A DNA stretch of 64,000 bases from an uncultured Chthoniobacteraceae bacterium (GCA_964595865.1 CAZQRL010000002.1:85605-149604), one strand, 5' to 3'; shown: positions 18,033 to 27,409, numbered from the stretch's first letter. Made by a program: numbers and translations. Notes: a model not told the origin generated them from the letters alone.

Positions 18033-18688
18033 AGCGAGCCCGCATTCTCATTGCCGATGACCACGAAATCGTCCGGCACGGGGTGCGCAATCTCATCAAT
18101 CACGAAGAGGATTTGGAAGTGGTTTGGGAAGCGCAAGACGGCCGGGAAGCGGTGCGGCTGGCGGAGAAACATCACCCCGATGTAGCCATCATTGATCTTG
18201 TGATGTCGGACTTAAATGGCATGGAGGCAACCCGGCAAATCCGCAAAGTCTCTCCACAAACGAAACTGCTCATCTTCACCATGCACGAGACCGAGCGGCT
18301 GGTGCAGGAAGTTTTTCAGGCTGGCGCGCATGCTTATGTCCTGAAATCCGATGCCGGTCGGCTTTTGGTGCAGGCCATACGCTCCGTCTTGCGCGGAGAA
18401 CACTTTTTCAGCTCCAAGATTAACGAAGTCATTTTCGAGGGTTTTTTGCGTAAACAGACCACGCCCGCCGAGCCGATCACGGACGACGCCGTTCGTCCCA
18501 CCGCCCGTGAACGCGAAATCATTCAGCTTCTGGCCGAAGGGCGGAGCAGCAAAGAGGTGGCGACCGTCTTGGGCATCAGCGTGAAAACCGTCGAAACCCA
18601 TCGGGCAGCCATCATGCGCAAACTTGACTTGCATAGCGTGAGCGATCTCGTTCGCTATGCCATTCGCAATCATATTATCGAGCCGTAA
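18029..18688 (+). CDS. NarL/FixJ-family response regulator (REC + LuxR-type HTH)
   Basis: ILIADDHEIVRHG, IIDLVMSDLNG and the HTH REREIIQLLAEGRSSKEVATVLGISVKTVETHRAAIMRKL. ATGA overlap with the kinase gene. Confidence 0.9.
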   Translation: MKRARILIADDHEIVRHGVRNLINHEEDLEVVWEAQDGREAVRLAEKHHPDVAIIDLVMSDLNGMEATRQIRKVSPQTKLLIFTMHETERLVQEVFQAGAHAYVLKSDAGRLLVQAIRSVLRGEHFFSSKINEVIFEGFLRKQTTPAEPITDDAVRPTAREREIIQLLAEGRSSKEVATVLGISVKTVETHRAAIMRKLDLHSVSDLVRYAIRNHIIEP

Positions 18689-18725
18689 GTGGCCGGGGCT
18701 TCTCCTGCCGAATCCCACCCAGCCC

Positions 18726-19916
18726 ATGCAGCAAGTCTTTTTTGTGGTTAATCAGGATCTTCGGGACGGTTCGGCCCATGCGCTTTACCTGTTGCGACAC
18801 TTTCGCGCGTTGGCCCGCAATGCGCCGCCAGGCTGGTCCTTCTCTATCGTTCTCCCGACCCAGCCACCCGCCGATTTTTCCCTGCCAGGGGCAAAACTGA
18901 TCATTCTCCCTTCCGTGCGGCGCCGGCTTCTGCCAGATGGTCGCCGTCGTGGCTGGCAAATTAATGCCGTGTTTCATCTCGCCGCGCGTGGTTTCTTGCG
19001 GCGTGCAGCTGGCCTTGGCGACTGGGTTGGCAGCGCCAGTTTCCCGCGACTCTTTGCGCAAGTATCTCAGCCGCGCTCGGGTGGAATTGCCGCGCCGAAA
19101 TTTTTTTATGAAATTCATCAGGTGGAAGAATTAAGCCGCCCGGCGGGCCATCCCAAATGCCGCGCCGAGCGTCAGGCCCTGGCCCGGGCGGATCTTTTTT
19201 ATGTGACTTCCGAGCCTCTGGCTGCCTGGGCGCAGGAACGGTTTCCCAAAACCGCGACTGCCTCCATCGGACTGGCTACTTCCTACCACCGACCTCCCCG
19301 CCCCGAACCCACAAGGACCTCGCCCTTACGACTGGGCTATTTCGGCTCGATCTCCTCTGAGCAAGGCATCCCCTGGCTTTTGCAGCAGTGGCCTGCCTGG
19401 CGGAGCTCGTGGCGCGAAAGCACCCCGGCGCCGGAATTACACCTCTACGGTCGAGCGCGGGCGGGGGAGAAGCTTCCCGCATCGGTTCCGGAACAAGGTA
19501 TTTTTTGTTTCCCGCCTAAGCCTGCCGAGGAACTGCCGAGTTTGGCAGCAGGGTTGCACGGGCTGATTATCCCCGCTTTGGACCAAGCCCACCGCGCCTC
19601 GATCGCTTTCACCAAAGTCTATGACTATCTCGGGCTCGGGCTGCCACTCTTGGCATCCTCCCTGCCTACCATTCGCGAGGTCCTCCCCCGATCGGATCAA
19701 GGCTGGTTTTTCCGCCCTGGCAACGCGGAGGAATTATTCGCCTGCCTCTCGAGTTGGGCTACCCAACCCACGGAACGTCATCACCGGGCCTCGCAGGCGT
19801 TCGCCCGGGCCAGCGAATTGACCTGGGACAAACGGGCGACTCGCTGGTGGAAGATGCTGCTACAGTCCGCTGAGCAAGAGCAAATTTCACCGGAGATTTC
19901 TTTGCCAAGCGCCTAA
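18726..19916 (+). CDS. Glycosyltransferase, GT-B fold (family 1/4-like)
   Basis: The C-terminal half has the GT1/GT4-like pattern (RLGYFGSIS...LHLYGRA...[30 protein letters not shown]). Start placed at ATG 18726 ([10 protein letters not shown]) because the earlier part of the track ORF overlaps the regulator gene. Confidence 0.65.
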   Translation: MQQVFFVVNQDLRDGSAHALYLLRHFRALARNAPPGWSFSIVLPTQPPADFSLPGAKLIILPSVRRRLLPDGRRRGWQINAVFHLAARGFLRRAAGLGDWVGSASFPRLFAQVSQPRSGGIAAPKFFYEIHQVEELSRPAGHPKCRAERQALARADLFYVTSEPLAAWAQERFPKTATASIGLATSYHRPPRPEPTRTSPLRLGYFGSISSEQGIPWLLQQWPAWRSSWRESTPAPELHLYGRARAGEKLPASVPEQGIFCFPPKPAEELPSLAAGLHGLIIPALDQAHRASIAFTKVYDYLGLGLPLLASSLPTIREVLPRSDQGWFFRPGNAEELFACLSSWATQPTERHHRASQAFARASELTWDKRATRWWKMLLQSAEQEQISPEISLPSA

Positions 19917-19938
19917 AATTGCAGTTAGTTATTTAAGC

Positions 19939-20172
19939 ATGAACACACTCCTCGCCCTTTCGATGCCTGGGTGGCCGGAAATTTTGGTCATCCTGCTGAT
20001 TGTTGTGCTGCTATTCGGGGCGAAAAAATTACCCGAACTGGCCCGCGGCATGGGACAAGCCTTGAACGAGTTTCGCAAGGCCAAGGATGACTTCCACCGC
20101 GAGTTAGACAAAACGGCTCAGGACCTCAAAATCGAAGAGCCGCCGCAAAAGCAGCCGCACAAGCCGGCTTGA
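19939..20172 (+). CDS. tatA: Twin-arginine translocase subunit TatA/E
   Basis: [38 protein letters not shown] shows the canonical TM helix, FG hinge and amphipathic helix. Confidence 0.9.
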   Translation: MNTLLALSMPGWPEILVILLIVVLLFGAKKLPELARGMGQALNEFRKAKDDFHRELDKTAQDLKIEEPPQKQPHKPA

Positions 20173-20208
20173 GCCATTCACCTCTATCTCCCCCCAAACA
20201 CAACCTGC

Positions 20209-21141
20209 ATGCCGCGTCGGAAAGGCTCTGCCGCTTTTCCTGGCGCCTTTCCCAAAGTCGCCATCGTGCTTTGCTTCGCGACCTTGGCTTTTGCCGCGCA
20301 GGGAAAATCGCAGACTACCGATTCTGATTCGGTCCGCCTGTTGGTTTACAACCTGCGAAACTACGCGGTGGCCGTTGACGAAGGCGCTCCTTCCCCAAAA
20401 GAAGAAGCTCTGCGCCAACGCCAGGCTGAAGTCATAGCCTCTGCTCATCCGCAACTCGTCGGACTAATGGAAGTCGGTTGCGCGAGTGCCCTGCAGGATT
20501 TGCAGGATCGGCTGCGTGCTCTGGAATGTGTTCTGCCGCACTCCGTTTTGGTCGAGGCGGACGACCCGGAACGTCGGCTGGCCCTCCTTTCGAAATTCCC
20601 TCTACGGAACCTCTCCCGCACCGACTTGCGCTTTCTCCTGGACCAGTCCCCGCAGAGCCCCGCGCGGGGCCTGCTTTGGGCGGCCATCGAAGTGGCTACG
20701 GGGGTGGAGTGGCACGTGGTGGGTTTGCACTGGAAATCTCGGCGGGAAACCCCAACAGCCGAGGCCGGGCTGCTGCGACTAGGCGAAGCACGCGTCATGC
20801 GTCAGGCCCTCGATGAGGCTTTTGCAAACAATCCGGCCTTGCCGATGATTGTCTGGGGTGACTGCAATGAAAGCCGGGCTGATCCAGCCTTTGCCGCTCT
20901 GCGTGGCCCGCGTGAAACCCCGGGAGCTCTGTTTCCGCTCGACCTCGCCGATGCCCAAGGCGATCGCTGGACGCACTACTGGAAAGAAACGGATGTTTAC
21001 TCGCGCATTGATTTTGTTTTGCTATCGAAAGCCCTTCGCTCCGCTTTCCTAGCGCAAGAGAGTGCCATCCTCCGGCCGAGTGATTGGTTTAGTCTGAGCG
21101 ACCATCGTCCACTGCTGGTCACCTTGCGACTCCCTGAATGA
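20209..21141 (+). CDS. Secreted endonuclease/exonuclease/phosphatase (EEP) family protein
   Basis: Signal-peptide-like N-terminus. EEP-type motifs VRLLVYNLRNY, GLMEV, VWGDCNE and the terminal SLSDHRPLLV. Confidence 0.75.
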   Translation: MPRRKGSAAFPGAFPKVAIVLCFATLAFAAQGKSQTTDSDSVRLLVYNLRNYAVAVDEGAPSPKEEALRQRQAEVIASAHPQLVGLMEVGCASALQDLQDRLRALECVLPHSVLVEADDPERRLALLSKFPLRNLSRTDLRFLLDQSPQSPARGLLWAAIEVATGVEWHVVGLHWKSRRETPTAEAGLLRLGEARVMRQALDEAFANNPALPMIVWGDCNESRADPAFAALRGPRETPGALFPLDLADAQGDRWTHYWKETDVYSRIDFVLLSKALRSAFLAQESAILRPSDWFSLSDHRPLLVTLRLPE

Positions 21142-22217
21142 CCATCTTTCCCCAAATTTCCCACCCTTTTTCGACCATCCGTCTGGTCTGCCTGTTGCTC
21201 TCCGCAGGGACCCTGGTCCTGCATGCCGACCCGCCTGCAGATGCGGCCTGGAAGCAAATTCAAGCCATGGAGGCTGGGCCGCAGGGGCAACCGCAGAGCC
21301 GCCGGGAGGCTATGGGGCAGATGCGGCAACATCTGCAAAAGCACCTGCGCTTGCTGGAGGATTTTGTTTCGACCTATCCCCAAGACTCCCGGCGGTTTGA
21401 CGCCGAGCTGATGCGCTCGGCCGTCCTCGCTTCCTTGGGGAAGCTTTTGGCTGATCCGTCCCTCATTCGCGAAGGGCGACAAGTCGCGGAGTCTCTGGAA
21501 AAATCCCCCCAACTTTCCCCCCAACAGGCAGCAAACGCGGGATTCCAACGGGTTTCCCTGCTTTTCCTGGAAGCCCAGGATGCTCCGACCCGCTCGCGCG
21601 ATACCCTCGTCAATGCGGCTCGCAATTTCGTCCGCCGTTATCCTTCCGACTCCCGCGGGCCGCGCCTGCTGGCGGAGGTAGCCACCATCTTGGACGACAA
21701 CCCCACCGCCAAGCGGGAGCTTCTGGAGGCGGCTCTTAAGGCCGGGCGAGATGCGGATCTGGTCGCTCGGGTGCATGATGACCTGCGGCAGATGGATCTC
21801 GTCGGTCAACGTCTGCCGCTGGAGTTCTCCACACTTTCCCACGGCAAGTTTTCCTTGGCCGCCCAGCGTGGCAAGGTGGTGGTGCTTATTTTTTGGTCGG
21901 CAGAGTCGCCCCATTCTCTCTGGTGGCTGCAACAGAACCTTCCCGAACTTCTACAATTTCCAAGCTCCACGGTCAGCGTGGCCAGCATCAGCCTGGATCG
22001 GAATCCAGCGTTGGCATCGTCCACACTCGCGGAGGGTGGCTTCTCGATTCCCACTGCTGCCGATGGCCGGGGTTGGCAAAGCCCCCTCGCCCGTTCCCAT
22101 GGTATCAATCGTTTGCCGACAGTCTGGATTTTTGACCGGTCGGGGCGTTTGCGCGTTGGCAATGGGAGCGCGAATCCAGCAGCACTGGTGCGCCGATTTC
22201 TCAAGGAAAATCCCTGA
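21138..22217 (+). CDS. TlpA/ResA-like thioredoxin-fold protein with helical N-domain; CxxC replaced by SPHS
   Basis: The C-terminal ~130 aa match the TlpA pattern (GKVVVLIFWSAESPHSLWWL...INRLPTVWIFDRSGRL). Both active-site cysteines are Ser (codons at 21906..21917). ATGA overlap with the EEP gene. Confidence 0.65.
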   Translation: MTIFPQISHPFSTIRLVCLLLSAGTLVLHADPPADAAWKQIQAMEAGPQGQPQSRREAMGQMRQHLQKHLRLLEDFVSTYPQDSRRFDAELMRSAVLASLGKLLADPSLIREGRQVAESLEKSPQLSPQQAANAGFQRVSLLFLEAQDAPTRSRDTLVNAARNFVRRYPSDSRGPRLLAEVATILDDNPTAKRELLEAALKAGRDADLVARVHDDLRQMDLVGQRLPLEFSTLSHGKFSLAAQRGKVVVLIFWSAESPHSLWWLQQNLPELLQFPSSTVSVASISLDRNPALASSTLAEGGFSIPTAADGRGWQSPLARSHGINRLPTVWIFDRSGRLRVGNGSANPAALVRRFLKENP

Positions 22218-22314
22218 TCTTTCCAGCTTTGGGCTTAGCCAGCCTCCCGCTCGCAAGGCACCAGCCAACCATTTCCGCACTTTTCTTTTGCGCGGCTTCT
22301 TTTAGTTTTCGCTC

Positions 22315-23751
22315 GTGACTTTCCCTGTCCGTTTTTCTCTCTCCCGTCTCTGGATTCTGCCCGCCGTTGTCGTGGGGCTTTTCCTGTTGGTGACTTTAGC
22401 CGTCAACCTCTACTTGCAGTCCGAAACGGTGCAAGAGCGCATCAAACTCGCCACCGCCGCCTCCCTCGGGATGCCGGTGGAAATCGGCGGAGCCTTTTTC
22501 ACGCCCTGGAGCGGACTGACGCTGACTAACATCAAGGTTGAGGATCCCCAGCGCCCCAGTGAAGCGCTCTTCCGGGCACGCCAGCTCAATGCCCGGATGG
22601 CTCTGCTGCCTTTGTTGCAGCGGAAAGTCGTCATCACCGCCGTGCGATTGATGGATCCGCTACTCGTCGTTCCCGAAGACTCCCCGGGGGTGACCTTGCC
22701 TCCACCGCGGGCGGAAGTGGTGGTTACTGAACCTGGCCAAGCCCCCGCAGATACAGCGGGCATTCAACCTCAGCCCGCTCCAGGAGTTACTCCCGCAACG
22801 TTAGATGCCCCTCCAGCCGGAGAAAAACCCCCGCCCTCTTACACCATTGAAGTGCAGTCCTTCTCCATTGAGAATGGCGGGATCGTCGTGCGCGATCCCC
22901 TGGGTAATCCAGGTTTGCAGTTGGAGAAAATTCAGCTCCGCACGCGCATCGCCTCCAATGCGGAACAGAGCGGGGAAGTCACCATTGGGAAGGTCAGCCT
23001 AGCCAACAGCCTGTTTGTCCACGATTTCACTTCACCGTTCTCACGGGCCGAGGGGATTCTCACGCTGCCGGAGTTCACCGGAGGGGTGGCCGGAGGGAAA
23101 CTCGCCGGGAACTTCCGCTTGGATGAGTCGGCTAGTGCCATTCATTTACAGGCGGCCTTGGCGGGTGCGGCAGTCTCGCAGCTTCTGCAGGAAGCAGGCT
23201 TGCAGCCGGGACGGTCGGGAGGTTTCTTGCAGGGAGCTCTCAAGCTTGCTGGCCCTTTGCTCAACCCAACGGCTTTGGTTGGTGAAGGCAGCTTCGAGTT
23301 GATGCAAGGTCAGCTGGAGCCGATTGAGTTTGTGCAGCAACTTGGACAACTCTTGCGCATCGAGGAGTTGCAACTTCTGCAGCTTCGCGAAGCCCTGCTC
23401 CAGTTGGCTCTGGCCGAAGGCCGAATCCAAGTCGGCAAACTTTCCCTGCTCTCCGAAAATCTCTGGTTTCAAGGCGAAGGGGAAGTGGACCTCGCCGGAG
23501 GACTGGATCTGCGAGGGCGGCTGCTCATTAAGGAAAAAATGCATCGCAACCTCGGCGGGCTTTTAGGACGCCCTTTTGGTCCATCGAATGAGCCCGGCTA
23601 CCGGGAGCTGGCGTTCAACATCGGTGGCACGGTGGCCAATCCACGCACCGATTTGCTGGATCGGTTTGCCGGCGGGAGAATCGGTGCCGAAGTGGGGCGC
23701 TTTTTGCAAAACCTCCTGCGCCCCGCTCCCACCCCAAAAACCGAGGAGTAA
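22315..23751 (+). CDS. AsmA-like outer-membrane biogenesis protein (membrane-anchored, beta-rich)
   Basis: GTG start and N-terminal anchor LWILPAVVVGLFLLVTLAVNLYL. The long repetitive beta-rich body and the C-terminal LAFNIGGTVANPRTD resemble the AsmA/TamB-like family. Assignment is by pattern only. Confidence 0.55.
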   Translation: MTFPVRFSLSRLWILPAVVVGLFLLVTLAVNLYLQSETVQERIKLATAASLGMPVEIGGAFFTPWSGLTLTNIKVEDPQRPSEALFRARQLNARMALLPLLQRKVVITAVRLMDPLLVVPEDSPGVTLPPPRAEVVVTEPGQAPADTAGIQPQPAPGVTPATLDAPPAGEKPPPSYTIEVQSFSIENGGIVVRDPLGNPGLQLEKIQLRTRIASNAEQSGEVTIGKVSLANSLFVHDFTSPFSRAEGILTLPEFTGGVAGGKLAGNFRLDESASAIHLQAALAGAAVSQLLQEAGLQPGRSGGFLQGALKLAGPLLNPTALVGEGSFELMQGQLEPIEFVQQLGQLLRIEELQLLQLREALLQLALAEGRIQVGKLSLLSENLWFQGEGEVDLAGGLDLRGRLLIKEKMHRNLGGLLGRPFGPSNEPGYRELAFNIGGTVANPRTDLLDRFAGGRIGAEVGRFLQNLLRPAPTPKTEE

Positions 23752-23758
23752 TTCACCA

Positions 23759-24322
23759 ATGCGCATCGTGGCAGGAACCGCGGGAGGCATCCCCCTGGTG
23801 CCGCCACCGGGCGATCTCCGCCCCACCATGGATAAGGTCCGCGGGGCCATCTTTTCCAGCCTTGCCGGATGGGTCGAAGGTCGTCGGGTTTTGGACCTTT
23901 TTGCGGGGAGCGGTTCGCTAGGTCTGGAGGCTCTCAGCCGTGGAGCAGCCAGTGTGGTGCTCGTGGAGAAAAATCCTGCTGCCGTCCGCACCATCGGAGA
24001 AAATCTACGCAAAACCCGTTTGCCCGTGACGGCGGTGACACTGCAACAGGAAGATGTTTTTTCTTTTCTCCGCCGTCCGCCGATGGCGGCTTTTGACCTG
24101 ATTTTGGCTGATCCTCCCTACAGCAAAAAGCCGGATGCCCCGGATTTTGCCCGTGCGCTGCTGCAAGAGGAAACCCTGCCAAAGTTTTTAGCTCCAGAGG
24201 GTCTCCTGGTCTTGGAAGTTTTCCGCCAATGGGCCGCACCCGCGGCCACAGCTTGGCATCTGCAACGCACGCGAACCTACGGGGAAAGCAAGGTTTGCTA
24301 CTACATTCACTGCAAGCCATGA
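23759..24322 (+). CDS. rsmD: 16S rRNA (guanine966-N2)-methyltransferase RsmD
   Basis: MRIVAGTAGG, SAM motif LDLFAGSGSLGLEALSRGA and ILADPPY. Confidence 0.85.
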   Translation: MRIVAGTAGGIPLVPPPGDLRPTMDKVRGAIFSSLAGWVEGRRVLDLFAGSGSLGLEALSRGAASVVLVEKNPAAVRTIGENLRKTRLPVTAVTLQQEDVFSFLRRPPMAAFDLILADPPYSKKPDAPDFARALLQEETLPKFLAPEGLLVLEVFRQWAAPAATAWHLQRTRTYGESKVCYYIHCKP

Positions 24323-25611
24323 GAGCGATTTTGTTTCTCTACAACCTTCTTTTCCCGCTGGCACTCATCCTGTTGTTGCCGGGAGCCCTGCTGCGCATGT
24401 GGCGACGAGGCAACTACGCGCATCAATTTGGCCAGCGACTAGGTTGGTTTTCTCCTCAGGTTAAAGCCCGATTGCGCCGCCACCGGGGCGATTGGCTCTG
24501 GGTCCACGCCGTAAGTGTCGGGGAAGTCAACCTGGCTCTCAAATTCATTCGCGTTTGGCAGCGTCACGGGGAATATCCCGTGGTGCTCTCCACAACCACC
24601 TCGACTGGTTTTCAACTGGCACGCGCCCAGCAGTCCCCAACCTTGGAAGTGATTTACCACCCGGTGGATTTTTGGTGGATCACACGCAAAGTTGTCTCCC
24701 TAATTTCGCCCAGGGGGCTGGTGCTGGTGGAGGCGGAGATTTGGCCCAATCTACTCTGCGAAGTGCAAATTCGCCAGCGTCCGGTGGCTCTTATCAATGC
24801 CCGCCTGTCCCCCCGCTCCGAGCGACGCTTCCGCATTTTTCGCCCATTGATTGCCCCCCTTTTTGCCGCCCTGGATCGGATTTTCCTGCAAGATGAGAAG
24901 GACCGCCCGCGGTATCTGAGCTTGGGTGCCCGGGCGGAAGCCCTCCGGTGTCCAGGCAGTATTAAATTTGATTTGGCCGAGGAAGCCACCGTGGATGCTG
25001 CTCCGGCGGCCGCGCTCCTACGCGACTGCGGTATCCCGGAAACGCGGCCCATCCTGCTTGCTGCCTCAACCCACGCTGGCGAAGAAGCGCTGCTGGCTCG
25101 CATTTTTCTGCGACTGCGCGCTGATCTACCCGACCTGTTCTGCGTGATCGTGCCGCGACATTTTGAGCGGGCCGGGGAGGTGGAACGTGAGTTGGCCGAA
25201 CTGCCTCTACGTATCTTGCGCCAAAGCCGCAACGCCCCGGCTCCCTGTGATTTGCTCTTGGCTGATACCACAGGACAGTTGCGCCAGTGGATCGCTTTGG
25301 CCGCGGTGGTTTTTGTCGGCAAAAGCCTCTGCGCCCGGGGTGGACAAAACCCCGCGGAGGCGGTGAGCGCTGGCAAACCGGTATTATTCGGTCCGCACAT
25401 GGAGAACTTTGCCGCCTTAGTGGACTTACTCAGAGCGCAGGGCGGAGCCTGGCAGGTGCAAGATGCCGAAGAGCTTTACCGGGCCTGCCGTGAGTTGCTT
25501 CTCCATCCAGCCCAAGGGAAAGCGATGGCCGATCGAGCCACCGCAGCCCTGGCCCAACACCAAGGAGCCACGAAGCGCACTGTGGAGGAGATTCGCTCCC
25601 TGATCTCGTAA
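24319..25611 (+). CDS. waaA: 3-deoxy-D-manno-octulosonic acid (Kdo) transferase
   Basis: N-terminal membrane anchor (LFLYNLLFPLALILLLPGALL), the HAVSVGEV motif and a GT30-like length and layout. ATGA overlap with rsmD. Confidence 0.85.
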   Translation: MRAILFLYNLLFPLALILLLPGALLRMWRRGNYAHQFGQRLGWFSPQVKARLRRHRGDWLWVHAVSVGEVNLALKFIRVWQRHGEYPVVLSTTTSTGFQLARAQQSPTLEVIYHPVDFWWITRKVVSLISPRGLVLVEAEIWPNLLCEVQIRQRPVALINARLSPRSERRFRIFRPLIAPLFAALDRIFLQDEKDRPRYLSLGARAEALRCPGSIKFDLAEEATVDAAPAAALLRDCGIPETRPILLAASTHAGEEALLARIFLRLRADLPDLFCVIVPRHFERAGEVERELAELPLRILRQSRNAPAPCDLLLADTTGQLRQWIALAAVVFVGKSLCARGGQNPAEAVSAGKPVLFGPHMENFAALVDLLRAQGGAWQVQDAEELYRACRELLLHPAQGKAMADRATAALAQHQGATKRTVEEIRSLIS

Positions 25612-25624
25612 ATTGAACCTCGTC

Positions 25625-26659
25625 TCAGCCCGCGCCCTGCGTGGAGTAAAGAGCCACCAGCGCTGCTCCGATAGCCTGCGAGAGTTCCCCATAGTGCGCC
25701 GGCACGATTTTGACAAAGCCCCGCTGCGCCGGCCAGAACCAGGCCTCCGCCGCCGCCCGAATCCCTTGCAAATACCGCTGCCGGAATTCCTCGGTTGTGG
25801 ATTCCGGATCAACCAGCCCCCCACCAATAACCACATACTCCGCATCAAAGGCGGTGGTTAAATTCGCCACATGCAATCCAAGAATCCGTGCCTGGGTATC
25901 GAAAATTTCCAATGCCAGCGGATCTCCCTTTTGGGCGCGACCGCGCAGAGAGAGCGCTTTTTCTTTCGGCGGCGCGTCCGAGGAATTGAGCTCGTGCTCC
26001 GGATATCGGGGAAGGAGGTGCTGCAAATACTGCGGAAGCCCGGAGATTGAAGTGTAGGGCTCGACACAACCCCAAGTGCGCCCACAGCCACACTGAAAGA
26101 GCGGCAAATCCAACAAATGCAGCGGCACTGGCATGTGTCCACCTTCCAATCCGTTGAGGGTGTCCCCATCCAACGGCAAACCATTGCTGGCCACATATGC
26201 GGCACCCAAGCCCGATCCCGGTGCCAGCATCAACACCGAGGCCTTGCGGTTGCCCCGCACGTAAGCCGCCTCGGCCACTCCGCCGTAATTCCCATCATTA
26301 CCGCAGTAGAGCGGAATCTCCCGCCCAGCCCGCTGCCGAATCGCCTGCGAATAGTCGCGGTGGAATTCCCATCCGGCGAAGGAAGCCGGCAAGTTGGCCG
26401 CCCGGTCAAGCACTCCATATTTGATGTATGGCCCCGGCAGCGCCAGCCCCACTCCGGCGACTTCATCCCATCCCAGACCATTCGCGGTGAGAAACTTCTC
26501 CAGCCCCTCCATCCACCCATGAATCACCGCTTCAGTTCCATCCTGAGCCCGCGTAGAACTTTGCGCCAGTTGCAAAGAAATCGGCTGCCCGTCTTCACGC
26601 ACACCACAGGTTTTCGAAGTCGTGGCTCCACTATCTGTTCCGAGGAAAATCTTCTTCAT
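25625..26659 (-). CDS. ROK-family sugar kinase (glucokinase-like)
   Basis: ATPase N-terminus IFLGTDSGATTSK, and the ROK zinc motif CGCGRTWGCVEPYTS. Confidence 0.8.
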   Translation of the reverse strand: MKKIFLGTDSGATTSKTCGVREDGQPISLQLAQSSTRAQDGTEAVIHGWMEGLEKFLTANGLGWDEVAGVGLALPGPYIKYGVLDRAANLPASFAGWEFHRDYSQAIRQRAGREIPLYCGNDGNYGGVAEAAYVRGNRKASVLMLAPGSGLGAAYVASNGLPLDGDTLNGLEGGHMPVPLHLLDLPLFQCGCGRTWGCVEPYTSISGLPQYLQHLLPRYPEHELNSSDAPPKEKALSLRGRAQKGDPLALEIFDTQARILGLHVANLTTAFDAEYVVIGGGLVDPESTTEEFRQRYLQGIRAAAEAWFWPAQRGFVKIVPAHYGELSQAIGAALVALYSTQGAG

Positions 26660-26744
26660 CAGGGCGAATTTATTGCCGATAACCGTATCCCGAGAAAGCG
26701 GAAAAAATCTTCCGCTAGAGTTGCCGAGTGGATTCCATGAGCTA

Positions 26745-26758
26745 TGTTCAGGTGAACA
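26745..26758. promoter_or_regulatory. LexA operator (SOS box), Verrucomicrobia-type palindrome TGTTC-N4-GAACA
   Basis: The sequence TGTTCAGGTGAACA is a perfect 5+5 inverted repeat ending 10 nt before the lexA ATG (26768). It matches the LexA motif I recall being reported for Verrucomicrobia. It is the only such site I found in intergenic DNA of this window. Confidence 0.7.
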
Positions 26759-26767
26759 TTTCTCCCG

Positions 26768-27409
26768 ATGTCGGAAATCTCCTCCACCACCCGCAAAGTT
26801 TTCACATTCTTACAAAACCATTGGCAGCGCCACGGCGTGAGCCCGAGCAGCCGAGAAATCCAAGAGGCACTGCATTTCCGCAGTCAAACGGCGGCCATGA
26901 ACCACCTGCGCAAGCTTATTTCTCTGGGCTGGATCCGCCCGATTGCCGGGCGCGGGCGCACGCGCGGCTGGATTCCCCAACCCACCGCGATTGCGGAACC
27001 CGCCCCCGTCGGCCAACCCTCAGGTTCCCGCTACCTGCTGCCGCTCCTCGGTTCCATCGCAGCCGGTCTTCCAGAATCCAATGCTGATCAGAGCGAGGAG
27101 CTATTGGCGATTGATTTGGATGGGCTATCTCTACCACGCGGCGGGCGATATTTCGGGCTGCGCGTGCGCGGTGATTCCATGATCGGGGCGCACATCATGC
27201 CAGGTGATATTGTTGTGATGGAGTTCCGCCCTCCGCGCCATCGCGATATCGTTGCCGCACTCATTGATGGGGAGACCACGCTCAAACGCCTGCTCATGCA
27301 AAAAGGCCAACCCTTTCTGCAGGCGGAGAATCCGGCCTATCCGAGCCTTATCCCAGCCCGGGAGTTGGTCATCCAGGGAGTTCTCGTAGCCCTGTTGCGG
27401 CAATATTGA
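26768..27409 (+). CDS. lexA: LexA repressor (SOS regulator, S24 self-cleaving peptidase)
   Basis: Winged-helix N-domain (FLQNHWQRHGVSPSSREIQEAL), cleavage-region AAG, catalytic Ser in VRGDSMIGA and Lys in TLKRL. Confidence 0.9.
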   Translation: MSEISSTTRKVFTFLQNHWQRHGVSPSSREIQEALHFRSQTAAMNHLRKLISLGWIRPIAGRGRTRGWIPQPTAIAEPAPVGQPSGSRYLLPLLGSIAAGLPESNADQSEELLAIDLDGLSLPRGGRYFGLRVRGDSMIGAHIMPGDIVVMEFRPPRHRDIVAALIDGETTLKRLLMQKGQPFLQAENPAYPSLIPARELVIQGVLVALLRQY

